Shown: piece after piece, positions 52,857 to 61,099 of the stretch
Numbering within the stretch: position 1 is the first letter of the stretch
Layout of the letters: each line of letters opens with the position of its first letter
Assembly (NCBI GenBank): GCA_017405525.1
Contig: JAFRAH010000001.1
Coordinates: 31,024 to 95,023 of the forward strand
From: Synergistaceae bacterium
Lineage (GTDB): Bacteria > Synergistota > Synergistia > Synergistales > Aminobacteriaceae
DNA: 64,000 bases
Reading direction: 5' to 3'
Notes under the pieces: generated by a model
Seen by the model: only the letters and a program-made list of their open reading frames with translations
Told to the model about the DNA's origin: nothing
The model's database searches: none
Program-made: the position numbers and the translations under genes

Positions 52857-53172
52857 ATTTTTTCATCACCTCTTCCATTATGAATGAAGCAGCTGCGGGT
52901 ATCTTGTCCTTGTGCTTGGTGTAGAAAGCCTTGGCATCTGATTCGCGCTTCGACAAAATCGACTTGGCCTTTGCCTCTGCCGCCTCCTCAGCCCTGCGAA
53001 TCTTGTCGCGGAACTGACGGGCTGCACTCTGCCTTGCCTCCTTCAGAGAATTTTCTGCGTCTGCACTGGCACGGTTGAGTTTCTTCGCAGCGTCCTCCTT
53101 GGCTTTCTGCACAGCTTCAGAAGCCTGAGCCTCAGCAGCTTTTATCTCAGCTATTGTAGGGTTGTCCGCCAT
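52837..53172 (-). CDS. V-type ATPase peripheral-stalk subunit G/H
   Basis: 111 aa Ala/Glu/Lys-rich single helix (IAEIKAAEAQASEAVQKAKEDAAKK). GGAGGGAGG SD before ATG 53172. First gene of the operon; the longer track ORF is an artefact. Confidence 0.7.
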   Translation of the reverse strand: MADNPTIAEIKAAEAQASEAVQKAKEDAAKKLNRASADAENSLKEARQSAARQFRDKIRRAEEAAEAKAKSILSKRESDAKAFYTKHKDKIPAAASFIMEEVMKKYGSSQA

Positions 53173-53248
53173 AATGTGCCCACCTCCCTCCTGAATAAAT
53201 ATGCGTGAAAAATTATTAGTTGTGGTGAAACAGTCTGAACGAGAATAA

Positions 53249-53276
53249 ATTATACAGCATTCAACGAGAAAACCAA
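53249..53276 (-). promoter_or_regulatory. candidate sigma70 promoter of the V-ATPase operon
   Basis: On the minus strand: TTGGTT (53276-71), a 16-nt spacer, then TATAAT (53254-49) preceded by TG. About 75 nt upstream of the first gene. Confidence 0.4.
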
Positions 53277-53280
53277 CGGG

Positions 53281-53318
53281 CAAATAATAGACTACCTCCC
53301 TGAAAATCAAGGAGGCAG
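53281..53318 (-). terminator. candidate terminator after the flagellin gene
   Basis: The minus-strand RNA reads CUGCCUCC-loop-GGGAGGUAG (8 bp including one G-U), followed by UCUAUUAUUUG. The U-tract is imperfect. Confidence 0.4.
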
Positions 53319-53335
53319 CAAGGTTATTCAGTGTT

Positions 53336-55639
53336 CTAATTTCCGAGAAGGCTCAATATTGACTGGGGTAACTGGTTGGCTTGGGCAAGCATTGATGTTC
53401 CTGACTGGTTGAGAATCTGGAGCTTCATGAAATCCATCATAGTCTTTGCCATGTCTGCATCACGTATTCTTGACTCGGAGGCTGTGAGGTTCGTGCTTGT
53501 TGTCGTGAGGTTCGTCATTGTGTGTTCGAGGGCGTTGATGTATGAGCCAATCTTTGCCCGCTGTTTGGAGACCCTGTTTATTGCCCGGTCAAGAAGTCCG
53601 ATTGAACGTGAGGCTGTCTCTCTTGAGGCTACATTGACCCCGGAGATACCCAGTGAGTTGCTGGACATGTCGCCAAGCTGAAGGGTAAACTCCTCGCCTG
53701 AGTTCGCGCCGGTCTGGAGGGTTGTGGTGCTGTCCTTGAGGTGGAGCATTGCCGTGTACTTTTCGCCGCCAGTCAGAACGTAGCCCTTGAGGTTGTCGCT
53801 CCATGATGCAGTTATCCCCGCCATAGGGTCAAACTCAATGTCAACGTTGCTTATTGCGCCCTGAAGTATATTGCCTGAAGACTTTATCCCGGAAGCTATG
53901 TTCTTCCCTGAGTGTGCATCATAGACCGAGATGTTGTACGTGCTCTCACTGGACTCACGTACCGTGTTGAAGCCCAATACACGAAGAAGCTCATCATCAC
54001 CTTCAAGTGTGATTTCGCCGTCAGCACCGGGAATAACCGAACGAAGAAGTATTGTGCCGGGTGCTCCGTGATCTGTGTAGTCTGCAATCTCTGAGCCGTA
54101 TACGTACGTCGCGAAACGTGGAGAATCTCCCTTGATGTATTTTCCCTGATCGAGTCCTTTTTCCACAGCAGAGTCCAGTTTTTCCGTAAGGCTCCCCAAT
54201 GTGTCAGAAGCATCAAGCGTTATGCTGGTAGTCCTTCCTCCTTGCCTGAGCGTCAGTGTCTTGGGTCTCTCAAGAAGGAAATTGCCTTCAGGAGTTATGA
54301 AGTTGCTTATGTCGGAAAGTTTTTTGTTGGGTCTTGGCGGAAATTCATCATTGCTGCTTTCGTCAGCCCCTAGATCTTCACTGATTGAGTCGGCAACCAT
54401 TCCAACAAGGTCAGTCTCCCATGCAGAATATGAAGACAGCATTTTACCTTCAGTCTCATTGCAGAGGTTGTAGAACTCAGAATCCTCACTGCCAGCCTTG
54501 GGGCCTATAACGGTCAGCTTTATGTCGTCAAGGTCTGTGCTAGCATCACCGAAAAGTGCAGCCCTTACTGTCTCTTCAGTGTAGTCCGTCCTTGCACCTG
54601 CGGGAGAAAGACCACTGTCCGGGTAATTTGTGTGGTCAACGTCAGTAACTAGGATCATGTACCTGTTTTCCCCGAAGGTATCGGCATAAGTCTCTGCTGC
54701 TTTCTGTACTCCGTAGTAATTGTACGTGTCATAGCCGTATGGTGCGGTTAGGGGTGCGAGGAGCTCGGTGATCTCGTCTATGTCAGATGACCACAACGAA
54801 CCTTCATCGCTGCTTGGGTCAGTGCCGGGGGGGAATCTATATGCCACAAAGTTAGGGTCTGCAATATCAGCCGTACCGTATGTGCATATTCCGATTTCGA
54901 GGTCGTCAACACCTTTGCTCTCAATATTGCTCTTGAACGCCCTGATGTTCTCCTTCACTTTTGTCAGCATTCCGTTCATTGAGCCTGATACGTCGATAAC
55001 GAACACCACTTTTGCCGAACTTCTTGACACTGATACAGTCTCGCGGCTTATGGCAGTCATGATATTTGTCTTCTGAACCTGAGCACTGCCTGGGTCAGCC
55101 GTAATCTCTATCCTGTAGTTCCCCTCACTGCTGACCTTCTGCCCGAAATTGTCCCTGAACGTGAGGCCGCCATCAATTTTTGCCCTGACGCTTGCATCAC
55201 TTGACGACCACAAAGCCCCGCCTGACCCGTCAAGCAGCCTGTGCCGGTTGAACTGTGTCGTGCTTGCTGTCATGTCTATCTGTTTCCTGAGCTCGTCTAT
55301 CTCAAGCTGTATATATTGCCTGTCCTGTGAGGTAAGCGTGTCATTGCTGGCCTGCACTGAGAGTTCACGCATTCTCTGGAGCATCGAGTTTATTCCGCCA
55401 AGTGCACCTTCAGCCGTCTGGAGCATCGATATTCCGTCCTGTGAGTTCCTGAGTGCAACATCAAGCCCGCGTATCTGGGTGCGCATCTTCTCGGAGATCG
55501 CGAACCCTGCCGCATCGTCTGACGCTGAGTTTATGCGCAGGCCGGTAGATAGTGCCGTGATAGTTCTCTGGAGTGATGAGTTAGTCCCTGAAAGTGCATT
55601 GAACGCCGTCAATGCAGGGAGGTTGTTCGCTATTCTCAT
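53336..55639 (-). CDS. fliC: flagellin with large central insertion containing a VWA (MIDAS) domain
   Basis: N-terminus MRIANNLPALTAFNAL...LSTGLRINSASDDAAGFAISEKMRTQIRGL...LQRMRELSVQASN. C-terminus RIRDADMAKTMMDFMKLQILNQSGTSMLAQANQLPQSILSLLGN. Centre has VVFVIDVSGSM, ICTYGT and ILVTDVD. Start placed at MRIANN (ATG 55639). Confidence 0.9.
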   Translation of the reverse strand: MRIANNLPALTAFNALSGTNSSLQRTITALSTGLRINSASDDAAGFAISEKMRTQIRGLDVALRNSQDGISMLQTAEGALGGINSMLQRMRELSVQASNDTLTSQDRQYIQLEIDELRKQIDMTASTTQFNRHRLLDGSGGALWSSSDASVRAKIDGGLTFRDNFGQKVSSEGNYRIEITADPGSAQVQKTNIMTAISRETVSVSRSSAKVVFVIDVSGSMNGMLTKVKENIRAFKSNIESKGVDDLEIGICTYGTADIADPNFVAYRFPPGTDPSSDEGSLWSSDIDEITELLAPLTAPYGYDTYNYYGVQKAAETYADTFGENRYMILVTDVDHTNYPDSGLSPAGARTDYTEETVRAALFGDASTDLDDIKLTVIGPKAGSEDSEFYNLCNETEGKMLSSYSAWETDLVGMVADSISEDLGADESSNDEFPPRPNKKLSDISNFITPEGNFLLERPKTLTLRQGGRTTSITLDASDTLGSLTEKLDSAVEKGLDQGKYIKGDSPRFATYVYGSEIADYTDHGAPGTILLRSVIPGADGEITLEGDDELLRVLGFNTVRESSESTYNISVYDAHSGKNIASGIKSSGNILQGAISNVDIEFDPMAGITASWSDNLKGYVLTGGEKYTAMLHLKDSTTTLQTGANSGEEFTLQLGDMSSNSLGISGVNVASRETASRSIGLLDRAINRVSKQRAKIGSYINALEHTMTNLTTTSTNLTASESRIRDADMAKTMMDFMKLQILNQSGTSMLAQANQLPQSILSLLGN

Positions 55640-55737
55640 GGCAGCCCCCAGAAAATTCGGCAAGAGGCAACGCAAAAGATACCCTTCGGAATTAATGCCC
55701 CCGCGAAAATATTATGTGATTTCCCAGCTCTTTCCAT
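55636..55737 (-). CDS. possible 33-codon upstream ORF in the flagellin leader
   Basis: AAGGAGGG lies 10 nt before ATG 55737. The ORF MERAGKSHNIFAGALIPKGIFCVASCRIFWGLP ends in a TGA overlapping the flagellin ATG (ATGA). It may instead be untranslated leader. Confidence 0.25.
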   Translation of the reverse strand: MERAGKSHNIFAGALIPKGIFCVASCRIFWGLP

Positions 55738-55811
55738 GAGCAAGAACCCTCCTTGAATTGTTCATTGGGATATTTTGTTTATTTTCGGAAAAACTAACTC
55801 AAGGAATTAGC

Positions 55812-55943
55812 TCATGTCCTTGTGTGGCAAGGGTGGCGGCACTCGTTGCAATTGTGCCTGCAATGCCTTTCACGGTGTATATACTTCAACGCGGCGAATA
55901 TCCCAAAAACTACAAGCGCACCGAAAAATATATCCCACATCAT
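55812..55943 (-). CDS. 43-aa Cys/His-rich single-TM mini-protein (below the ORF-track cutoff)
   Basis: MMWDIFFGALVVFGIFAALKYIHRERHCRHNCNECRHPCHTRT. The ATG lies 5 nt after the zapA stop with GGAGG 10 nt upstream. Architecture is like FeoB-associated Cys-rich membrane proteins. Confidence 0.4.
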   Translation of the reverse strand: MMWDIFFGALVVFGIFAALKYIHRERHCRHNCNECRHPCHTRT

Positions 55944-55948
55944 GGCCG

Positions 55949-56191
55949 TCAATCCTCCCCGTCAATTTTCTCCAGTACTTTCCTGAGCTTCTCGTTCACC
56001 GCGTCAAGTGAGTATGCCAGCCTCAAGCACGTGAGCATGAGAAGGTCTTCCTGTTTTGCCCCTTTGACGATTTCACCGCAGGCCTCATCAATGAGTGCCT
56101 TTATCCTGTCTACCTCGTCGTTCTCAAGCGGAGTGTGTATCGTATAGCTTCCCTTCCCGATAGTCAGGAAGACATCGCGCGAAGTCCTCAT
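55949..56191 (-). CDS. zapA: cell division protein ZapA
   Basis: 80 aa. The V.I.G..Y.I....ENDEVDRIKALIDEA.....EDLLMLTCLRLAYSL pattern is typical of ZapA. Lies downstream of pheT as in Bacillus. Confidence 0.7.
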   Translation of the reverse strand: MRTSRDVFLTIGKGSYTIHTPLENDEVDRIKALIDEACGEIVKGAKQEDLLMLTCLRLAYSLDAVNEKLRKVLEKIDGED

Positions 56192-56198
56192 AGTCTCA

Positions 56199-56426
56199 TC
56201 ACCTGATCAGGAGCATGTGTTCAAGCCTTGCGATTTTCTCGGAGGAGGCTGAATTGTCGGCAACGTTATTCTGATACGCTCTCACAAAAGCCTTGTCATG
56301 TTCAAGAGTCCCGTCAGACTTCCGGGCAAGCTCGCGGCGTAATATATTGCGTTCGTTTATGAGCTGGGATACACGGTTCATTATGGTATCTGCGAAATAT
56401 TCGGCATCATTGAGATTAGCGGCCAT
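56199..56426 (-). CDS. hypothetical 75-aa helical protein
   Basis: GGGAGGTG SD 8 nt before the ATG. Ends 7 nt before zapA. Predicted coiled coil (SQLINERNILRRELARK). No family recognised. Confidence 0.5.
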   Translation of the reverse strand: MAANLNDAEYFADTIMNRVSQLINERNILRRELARKSDGTLEHDKAFVRAYQNNVADNSASSEKIARLEHMLLIR

Positions 56427-56482
56427 AAAAAAATCACCTCCCTGCTATTTTAACAGAGAGATGATTATTTGCTCCCAGTGCC

Positions 56483-58903
56483 CTAGCGTATGACGTAGCC
56501 TTTTCGTTTCAGGCTCTCACGGACGCTGTTATGCAGTGCCTCTGCCTCCTCGTTCGTGAGTGTCCTTGTCCCTGAACGGTAGCTGAGACTATAGGCTAGG
56601 CTCCTGAAACCTTCAGGTATTCCCTTCCCTGCGTAAACGTCAAAGAGCCTCAGCCCCTCAAGTTCTACATCACTACTTACTGCCTCACTGACTGATGCCC
56701 TAATGTCCCTCATCACGTCGTCATTGCTCCTGTCTCTTGGGACGAGCAACGATATATCCCTGAACGATGCGGGGAATGAACTTGCCGGTGTGAATGCGGG
56801 CTTATGTGCGTTCATGAGTGTGGTAGCATCAACCTCAAAGGCATATACCCCCTGAACGTCAAGCTCCTGCTCGATTGCTGGTTTGAGCCTTCCGACCCAG
56901 CCGACTTTTGCGCCATTCACGAGAATATCTGCGGTCTGTCCTGCGTGGGTGAAGGGTTCATGTCCTGCCCTGAACTCGGCACTATAACCCCTCGACATGA
57001 TGAGTGCCTCAACATCTGCCTTGATGCTGTAGAAGTCCTCCGTTCGATTCCCGGAAGGTGAGCGCGTATCCATTCCGTTGAATAGTATTGCGCTGACGTG
57101 TTCGGGTTCAAGGTGCTCATGTTCTGAGTCCTTGAGGAAGACTTTTCCCTGCTCGAATATCCTCACAGGCTCCCTCCAACCTGACGCTATAGCCGTCCTC
57201 ATTCCCATTAGGAGGCCGGGCAATAGTGTCGTGCGCATGGCCATCTGTTCGCGGCTTATTGGGTTGGCGATGGTGAGGGGTTGGGCGCGTATGTCGTCCT
57301 TCGGGAGTCGTAACCTTTCGGGGAAATCTTCAGGAAGGAAGCTGTACGTCAGGACTTCAGTGTAACCTCTGGCCATGAGTGAGCTCCTGATACTCCCTGA
57401 AAGCTCCATTGACGCGCCGATACTTGCACGTCTTGGCATTTCTCCCGGAAGTCTCTCTTCTGTCTCGTTATAGCCCCTGAACCTGCCTATTTCCTCTATC
57501 AGGTCCTCCTCAATCGTTATGTCAGGACGTGATGACGGGGGAATGAATGTTCGTTCTTCCTCGCCACCTGAGACTTGGGCAATCCCGAAACCTTCGAGTA
57601 TCTTTGCGGCCTCGTTCATGTTGTCCCACGAGAGATATACGGATAATTTCCGCCGTGTGAGAGTTACGGGCTTGGGCTCGTGTATCTCGTTCTCTGCGGA
57701 TAACGGCCTGTAGTCCACTGAAGCCCCGCACCAGTCGCGAATGAGTGTAGTAGCGGCCATGAGAGCGGACTTGCTTAGTGCCGGGTCAACAGTACGGGAG
57801 AACCTGAAGGCTGCCTCTGAGTTTATGCCGAGCCTCCTTGACGTATGACCAACACGGACGGGTGAGAAACATGCACTCTCAATAACGATTGTGCTTGTGT
57901 CGTCATTGATGCCTGTCTGTTCTCCGCCCATAACCCCAGCAAGTGCTATAGCCTCTCCTCCTGACGTTATGAGCATGTCGCGCGTGGTTAAGGCCCTGTC
58001 TTTGCCGTCAAGGGTCATCATGTGTTCACCCTCATGTGCGGCTCTAACGGTGATTTCACGGGCAGGCAGTGTGTTGAGGTCGAAGGCATGAAGTGGCTGG
58101 CCCAGCATCATCATGACGTAGTTCGTAACATCTACGGCGTTGTTGATGGGTCTCATTCCGAGATGGGCGAGGTCAACTTTTGCGGTTAATGGCGAGCCTC
58201 CTATCTTTGCTCCTGTGGCAAGACCTAACCTGTAGCAGAAGCAGCCCTTATCCGGGAGTGAGATAGTCCCGAAGTCTTCAGACCATTCTTTGTCCTGTTT
58301 CAGCGGCCTCAACCATTCGGGGGATTTCAGCACCGACTTGGGATAGAGCCCCTTGATTTCGCGTGCCATTCCGAGAAGGCTCAACAGGTCGCCTCTGTTC
58401 GGGGTAATCGAAACGTCAAGGATAACATCGCCAAGGTGGTAGAGTGATCTGGCATCATCGCCCGGCCTTGCGTCATTCGTGAGTATCCACAAGCCCGAAG
58501 GGTCATCGACATCATGAAGCCCTAACTCCTCAGCACTGAGCATCATTCCGAAGCTCTGGACTCCGTGAAAGTCCCTCGTGCCCATCACTGTACCATCAGG
58601 GAGCGTTGAGCCTTCCCCCGCGTAGAAGACCATATCCCCGGCCTTCATGTTGTGCGCGCTGGTGATGCATGTGTGCCTGCCTGTTCCTGTGTCGAGTTGG
58701 GCGATTGAGTATTTGGACTCTGTGGGGTGCGGTTCGAGTGCGTCAATCCTTGCGGCAACAACCCCGCTCATTTTCCCGGCAGTGTAGGTTATGCCCTCAA
58801 CCTCCGAGCCTGAGAATGTGAGGCGTTCGGCCATGTCTTCAGGAGAGAGACCCAGCGGCTCAATGTCGATAAAATCCTTCAGGAGTTCCCAAGACACTAA
58901 CAT
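56483..58903 (-). CDS. pheT: phenylalanine--tRNA ligase beta subunit
   Basis: 806 aa with an N-terminal tRNA-binding OB domain, B3/4 and B5 domains and a C-terminal FDX-ACB domain. Overlaps the pheS end. Confidence 0.95.
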   Translation of the reverse strand: MLVSWELLKDFIDIEPLGLSPEDMAERLTFSGSEVEGITYTAGKMSGVVAARIDALEPHPTESKYSIAQLDTGTGRHTCITSAHNMKAGDMVFYAGEGSTLPDGTVMGTRDFHGVQSFGMMLSAEELGLHDVDDPSGLWILTNDARPGDDARSLYHLGDVILDVSITPNRGDLLSLLGMAREIKGLYPKSVLKSPEWLRPLKQDKEWSEDFGTISLPDKGCFCYRLGLATGAKIGGSPLTAKVDLAHLGMRPINNAVDVTNYVMMMLGQPLHAFDLNTLPAREITVRAAHEGEHMMTLDGKDRALTTRDMLITSGGEAIALAGVMGGEQTGINDDTSTIVIESACFSPVRVGHTSRRLGINSEAAFRFSRTVDPALSKSALMAATTLIRDWCGASVDYRPLSAENEIHEPKPVTLTRRKLSVYLSWDNMNEAAKILEGFGIAQVSGGEEERTFIPPSSRPDITIEEDLIEEIGRFRGYNETEERLPGEMPRRASIGASMELSGSIRSSLMARGYTEVLTYSFLPEDFPERLRLPKDDIRAQPLTIANPISREQMAMRTTLLPGLLMGMRTAIASGWREPVRIFEQGKVFLKDSEHEHLEPEHVSAILFNGMDTRSPSGNRTEDFYSIKADVEALIMSRGYSAEFRAGHEPFTHAGQTADILVNGAKVGWVGRLKPAIEQELDVQGVYAFEVDATTLMNAHKPAFTPASSFPASFRDISLLVPRDRSNDDVMRDIRASVSEAVSSDVELEGLRLFDVYAGKGIPEGFRSLAYSLSYRSGTRTLTNEEAEALHNSVRESLKRKGYVIR

Positions 58904-59946
58904 TTTCCCGCCCCCTCAAAACCTGACATGAAATATGACACGTTGCCATCAAATAACAGCCTCAAGTCCCCTATGCCGTATTTGAGCATGGCCATACGGT
59001 CGAGGCCGATACCGAAAGCGAAGCCGTTGTACTTGTCGGGGTCAATCCTCCCTGCGCGTATTACGTTGGGGTGAACCATACCCATACCGGCAACCTCAAG
59101 CCATCCAGTGCCGTGGCAGACCCTGCAGTGCTCATCATGGCCAGAACACTCAACGCACTCAATATCGAGCTCCATGCTTGGCTCAGTAAACGGGAAGTAG
59201 CTTGCCCTGAACCTGTAGCGAAGGCTCTTCCCGAAAAACGCGTTCATCATCTCTGACATTGTGCCCTTCATGACGCTGAAAGGTACGTCCTTGTCGATCA
59301 GGAGTCCCTCCATCTGGTTGAACATTGGCGAGTGAGTTACGTCATTGTCGCGGCGGTAGACTTTACCCGGGCAGACTATCCTCAATGGTGCGCCGTATTC
59401 ATGCATTGCCCGGATCTGGACGGGGGATGTGTGTGTGCGCAAGAGCGTTCCGTCAGCGAAGTAGAACGTATCCTGCATGTCGCGCGCCGGATGCCATGAC
59501 GGGACATTGAGGCACTCGAAGTTGTAGTACTCCTCTTCCTTCTCCGGCCCTGAAGCAACGGAATACCCCAAGCCCTGCATGATGTTCACGATCTCGTGCA
59601 TCGTCTGAATCACCGGGTGGAATGCTCCTGCCTTCCTGCCGCGTTCCGGGAGGGTTACGTCAATGCGCTCTGAGATTTCCTGTCTCTCGTTCTCTGCATC
59701 GCGTATCTTCCTGCCTGCCGCCTGCAAGTCCTGTTCGATTTCGTCCCGTAATGTGTTGAGTTCCTGGCCTGCTGACTTCCTGAGTTCGGGGGGTAATTTG
59801 CCTAATGACCTGAGAAGTGTGGTGAGTGTTCCTTTCTTGCCTGTGTACTTTACGCGTATATCGTCTAATTCCTGGAGGGTTGATGCCCCTGCGAGGGACT
59901 CCCTGAAAGAATCCCTCACAGCATTAATATTCATATCTTCCGGCAT
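58897..59946 (-). CDS. pheS: phenylalanine--tRNA ligase alpha subunit
   Basis: Class II motifs (HPARDMQDTFY, RTHTSPVQIR, FGIGLDRMAML). Confidence 0.95.
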   Translation of the reverse strand: MPEDMNINAVRDSFRESLAGASTLQELDDIRVKYTGKKGTLTTLLRSLGKLPPELRKSAGQELNTLRDEIEQDLQAAGRKIRDAENERQEISERIDVTLPERGRKAGAFHPVIQTMHEIVNIMQGLGYSVASGPEKEEEYYNFECLNVPSWHPARDMQDTFYFADGTLLRTHTSPVQIRAMHEYGAPLRIVCPGKVYRRDNDVTHSPMFNQMEGLLIDKDVPFSVMKGTMSEMMNAFFGKSLRYRFRASYFPFTEPSMELDIECVECSGHDEHCRVCHGTGWLEVAGMGMVHPNVIRAGRIDPDKYNGFAFGIGLDRMAMLKYGIGDLRLLFDGNVSYFMSGFEGAGKC

Positions 59947-60296
59947 TACTTGGCGGCCTTTACCTTTGCGACGAGTTCGCTGAAACCTTTTGCGTCATTT
60001 ATGGCCATCTCCGACAGCATCTTGCGGTTGAGGGTTATCCCTGCCTTCTTGAGGCCGTTCATGAACACGCTGTAGCTCATACCTTCAGCCCTTACTGCCG
60101 CGCTGATACGGGTAATCCAGAGACGGCGGTAATCCCTCTTCTTGCGCTTGCGGTCGTTGTAGGCTCTCGACAGTGCCGCAAGGTAGGCTTCACGTGCCCT
60201 GCGGTAGACGTTCTTGCGCTGGCCCCAGTAGCCTTTGGTGATGGTGAACAGCTTCTTGCGCTTGTTGTTGCTCTGTGATGCACCTTTAACTCTCAT
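59946..60296 (-). CDS. rplT: 50S ribosomal protein L20
   Basis: [37 protein letters not shown] is canonical L20. The TAA shares one base with the pheS ATG (TAATG). Confidence 0.97.
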   Translation of the reverse strand: MRVKGASQSNNKRKKLFTITKGYWGQRKNVYRRAREAYLAALSRAYNDRKRKKRDYRRLWITRISAAVRAEGMSYSVFMNGLKKAGITLNRKMLSEMAINDAKGFSELVAKVKAAK

Positions 60297-60313
60297 GATT
60301 TACCAGTCCTTTC

Positions 60314-60517
60314 CTAGTCATAGGGCAGAAGGTGCTTCATCTGTCCTGCCATTGCCTCGTCAACGTAGCCTGTCTCCTTAAGCCTGCGCATACGTGAGGG
60401 CTTCTTGTGCACGAGTATGTGGGACCTGCTGCACTTCCTGTAGGCGAACTTTCCCGTGCCTGTCTTGAAGAAACGTTTCTTTGCGCCTGAATGTGATTTC
60501 AGTTTCTGCTTTGCCAT
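60314..60517 (-). CDS. rpmI: 50S ribosomal protein L35
   Basis: MAKQKLKSHSGAKKRFFKTGTGKFAYRKCSRSHIL is canonical L35. Confidence 0.95.
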   Translation of the reverse strand: MAKQKLKSHSGAKKRFFKTGTGKFAYRKCSRSHILVHKKPSRMRRLKETGYVDEAMAGQMKHLLPYD

Positions 60518-60523
60518 TATGTA

Positions 60524-61087
60524 TTACTCTTCCCCTTTCGGTTTTGATGCCTTAGTGCCTGTACTTCCTGTTATGGGTGTGAGGAGCAGACGCATATATC
60601 TACCTTCCATTACGGGCTTTGACTCGCTCTTGCCGACATCCTCGCATTCGGCCATGACGCGGTTCAACACCTCTTCACCCCGGTCAAGGAATGACATCTC
60701 CCTGCCCCTGAAGAACACTGAGACCTTGACCCTGTGCCCCTTCTCAAGGAATGTCCTGACTGCCTTAGTCTTGAAGTCAAAATCATGGTCATCAATCTTC
60801 GGGCGCATCTTTATTTCCTTGAGTTCCTGGACTTTCTGCTTCTTCCTTGCGTCCTTCTCCTTTTTCTGGAGCTGGTACCTGTATTTCCCGTAGTCCATGA
60901 TCCTGCATACCGGGGGCTGTGCGAGCGGCGCAACCTCCACAAGGTCAAGGGACTGTTCCTGTGCCATTCGTATGGCTTCATTCGTGCTGGTGATTCCTAC
61001 TTTCACCCCGTTCTCATCGACCAGAAGAACCTGTGATGACGTTATCTCGTGGTTAATGCGGGGGGTATTCTCTTCGTTGCCGGGCAA
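60524..61087 (-). CDS. infC: translation initiation factor IF-3
   Basis: RINHEITSSQVLLVDENGVKVGI, PPVCRIMDYGKYRY and KEIKMRPKIDDHDFDFK. No ATG is available; the start is TTG 61087, or the ATT one codon upstream. Confidence 0.93.
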   Translation of the reverse strand: MPGNEENTPRINHEITSSQVLLVDENGVKVGITSTNEAIRMAQEQSLDLVEVAPLAQPPVCRIMDYGKYRYQLQKKEKDARKKQKVQELKEIKMRPKIDDHDFDFKTKAVRTFLEKGHRVKVSVFFRGREMSFLDRGEEVLNRVMAECEDVGKSESKPVMEGRYMRLLLTPITGSTGTKASKPKGEE

Positions 61088-61099
61088 ATATTCCTACGA

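Noticed and set aside
55651-55658. GCCGAATT resembling the sigma28 -10 box GCCGATAA
   Set aside because: It lies only about 12 nt from the flagellin ATG and has no TAAA -35 at the right spacing, so it cannot be the promoter.
55640-55675. 12-codon N-terminal extension of flagellin from TTG 55675 (MRCLLPNFLGAA-)
   Set aside because: Flagellins begin directly with the conserved MRI.N motif because the N-terminus is the export signal and D0 helix. ATG 55639 fits this.
53376-55739. Multiple + strand ORFs (up to 196 aa) opposite the flagellin gene
   Set aside because: They are antisense shadows of a gene with unambiguous flagellin termini and are Ser/Leu-rich with low complexity.
55758-56147. 129-aa + strand ORF across the zapA region
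   Set aside because: It overlaps zapA and the small Cys-rich ORF on the opposite strand and has no SD or motif. The minus-strand genes are coupled and ZapA-like.
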